DNA of 64,000 nucleotides from an uncultured Candidatus Saccharibacteria bacterium (GTDB lineage Bacteria; Patescibacteriota; Minisyncoccia; Phycocordibacterales; JACOZG01): NCBI GenBank assembly GCA_964460805.1, contig CAYWPU010000002.1, positions 18,663 to 82,662 of the forward strand, read 5' to 3'. Shown piece by piece: positions 63,551 to 64,000 of this stretch (position 1 is its first letter; each line of letters starts with the position of its first letter). The notes under the pieces were generated by a model. It saw only the letters and a program-made list of their open reading frames with translations, ran no database searches and was not told where the DNA came from. The position numbers and the translations under genes were made by a program.

Positions 63551-64000
63551 TTACTGTTTAGAAGAGTCGTCTGCTGAGACAACAGAGAAATCTGGGCGCA
63601 AGCCGGTACCGGCCGGGATCAAGCGGCCCATGATCACATTCTCCTTTAGGCCGCGCAGGCGGTCGATCCCGCCCTTGATGGCAGTCCGGATCAGCACCTT
63701 GGTCGTCTGGCCAAAGGCCACCGCGGCAATAAAGCTGCTAGTATTAAGCGAGACCTCTGAGATACCCAGCAAGACTTGCTCGGCTGTGGCTGGCTCGGTG
63801 CCCTTGGTCACCGCTTCGGCATTAGCGGCCAGTAACTCGTGATTCTCTACCACATCGCCGGCGTCAAAGTGGGTCCCGCCGGCTTGTTTGATCTTACGGC
63901 GCGAGAACATCTGCCGGATAATTAACTCAATGTGTTTGCGCGAGATAGACGTGCCCTGGAGCTCGTAGATCTTGCTGATTTCATCAATAATATACTCTTC
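63551..64000 (-). CDS. rpoC: DNA-directed RNA polymerase subunit beta' (C-terminal fragment; 5' end lies outside the window)
   Basis: Reading frame open to the window edge. The C-terminal ...ISRKHIELIIRQM...KENVIMGRLIPAGTG motif is characteristic of beta'. Its stop abuts the dnaG ATG. Confidence 0.85.
   Translation of the reverse strand, partial: EEYIIDEISKIYELQGTSISRKHIELIIRQMFSRRKIKQAGGTHFDAGDVVENHELLAANAEAVTKGTEPATAEQVLLGISEVSLNTSSFIAAVAFGQTTKVLIRTAIKGGIDRLRGLKENVIMGRLIPAGTGLRPDFSVVSADDSSKQ

Noticed and set aside
1-64000. CRISPR arrays, integrases, transposases, rRNA genes, additional tRNAs
   Set aside because: I scanned for regularly spaced direct repeats, the GTTCGAATC T-loop consensus and Tyr/Ser recombinase or DDE motifs. 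Only the single tRNA-Glu was found.

Overview
This 64 kb window looks like a chromosomal segment from a small-genome, Patescibacteria/CPR-like bacterium. That placement is an inference from a ~50-58 % GC core, compact operons, several truncated aminoacyl-tRNA synthetases and weak or absent SD sequences on many genes. UGA is read as stop. Most of the window is core housekeeping:
- a split dcw cell-wall cluster: mraZ (with an MraZ-box operator array), rsmH, ftsL-like, ftsI and murF-like on the + strand; murG, ftsW and mraY on the - strand;
- a tRNA-Glu(CUC);
- many translation genes: lysS, cysS, gltX, aspS, trpS, alaS, obg, rplU, rpmA, rplI, and an alpha-operon block rplM-rpsI ... rplQ-rpoA-rpsD-rpsK-rpsM-rpmJ-infA;
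- grpE-dnaK-dnaJ, recR, dnaB, gmk, scpA/scpB, folD, and rpoC(partial)-dnaG-rpoD;
- cell-envelope enzymes: a fused L,D-transpeptidase/DD-carboxypeptidase, two M23 peptidases, an SLT transglycosylase and CtpA.
Non-core material is concentrated in four places:
(i) a ~37 % GC single-gene islet inserted right after the tRNA;
(ii) a tiny, strongly SD-driven Cys/Gly-rich 15-aa ORF after obg;
(iii) a GC-rich orphan gene next to the ELFV dehydrogenase gene;
(iv) a ~8.5 kb AT-richer accessory block (38.7-47.2 kb) between trpS/M23 and dnaJ.
The accessory block carries an orphan multi-TM histidine kinase in an operon with a SET-domain methyltransferase, a tandem paralog pair led by a Gly/Asn/Ser-rich 44-aa peptide ORF, Cys-rich secreted proteins and an HExxH protein.
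No CRISPR array, integrase, transposase or rRNA was seen. Hand-located coordinates (promoters, terminators, trimmed starts, sub-60-aa ORFs) may be off by 1-2 nt.
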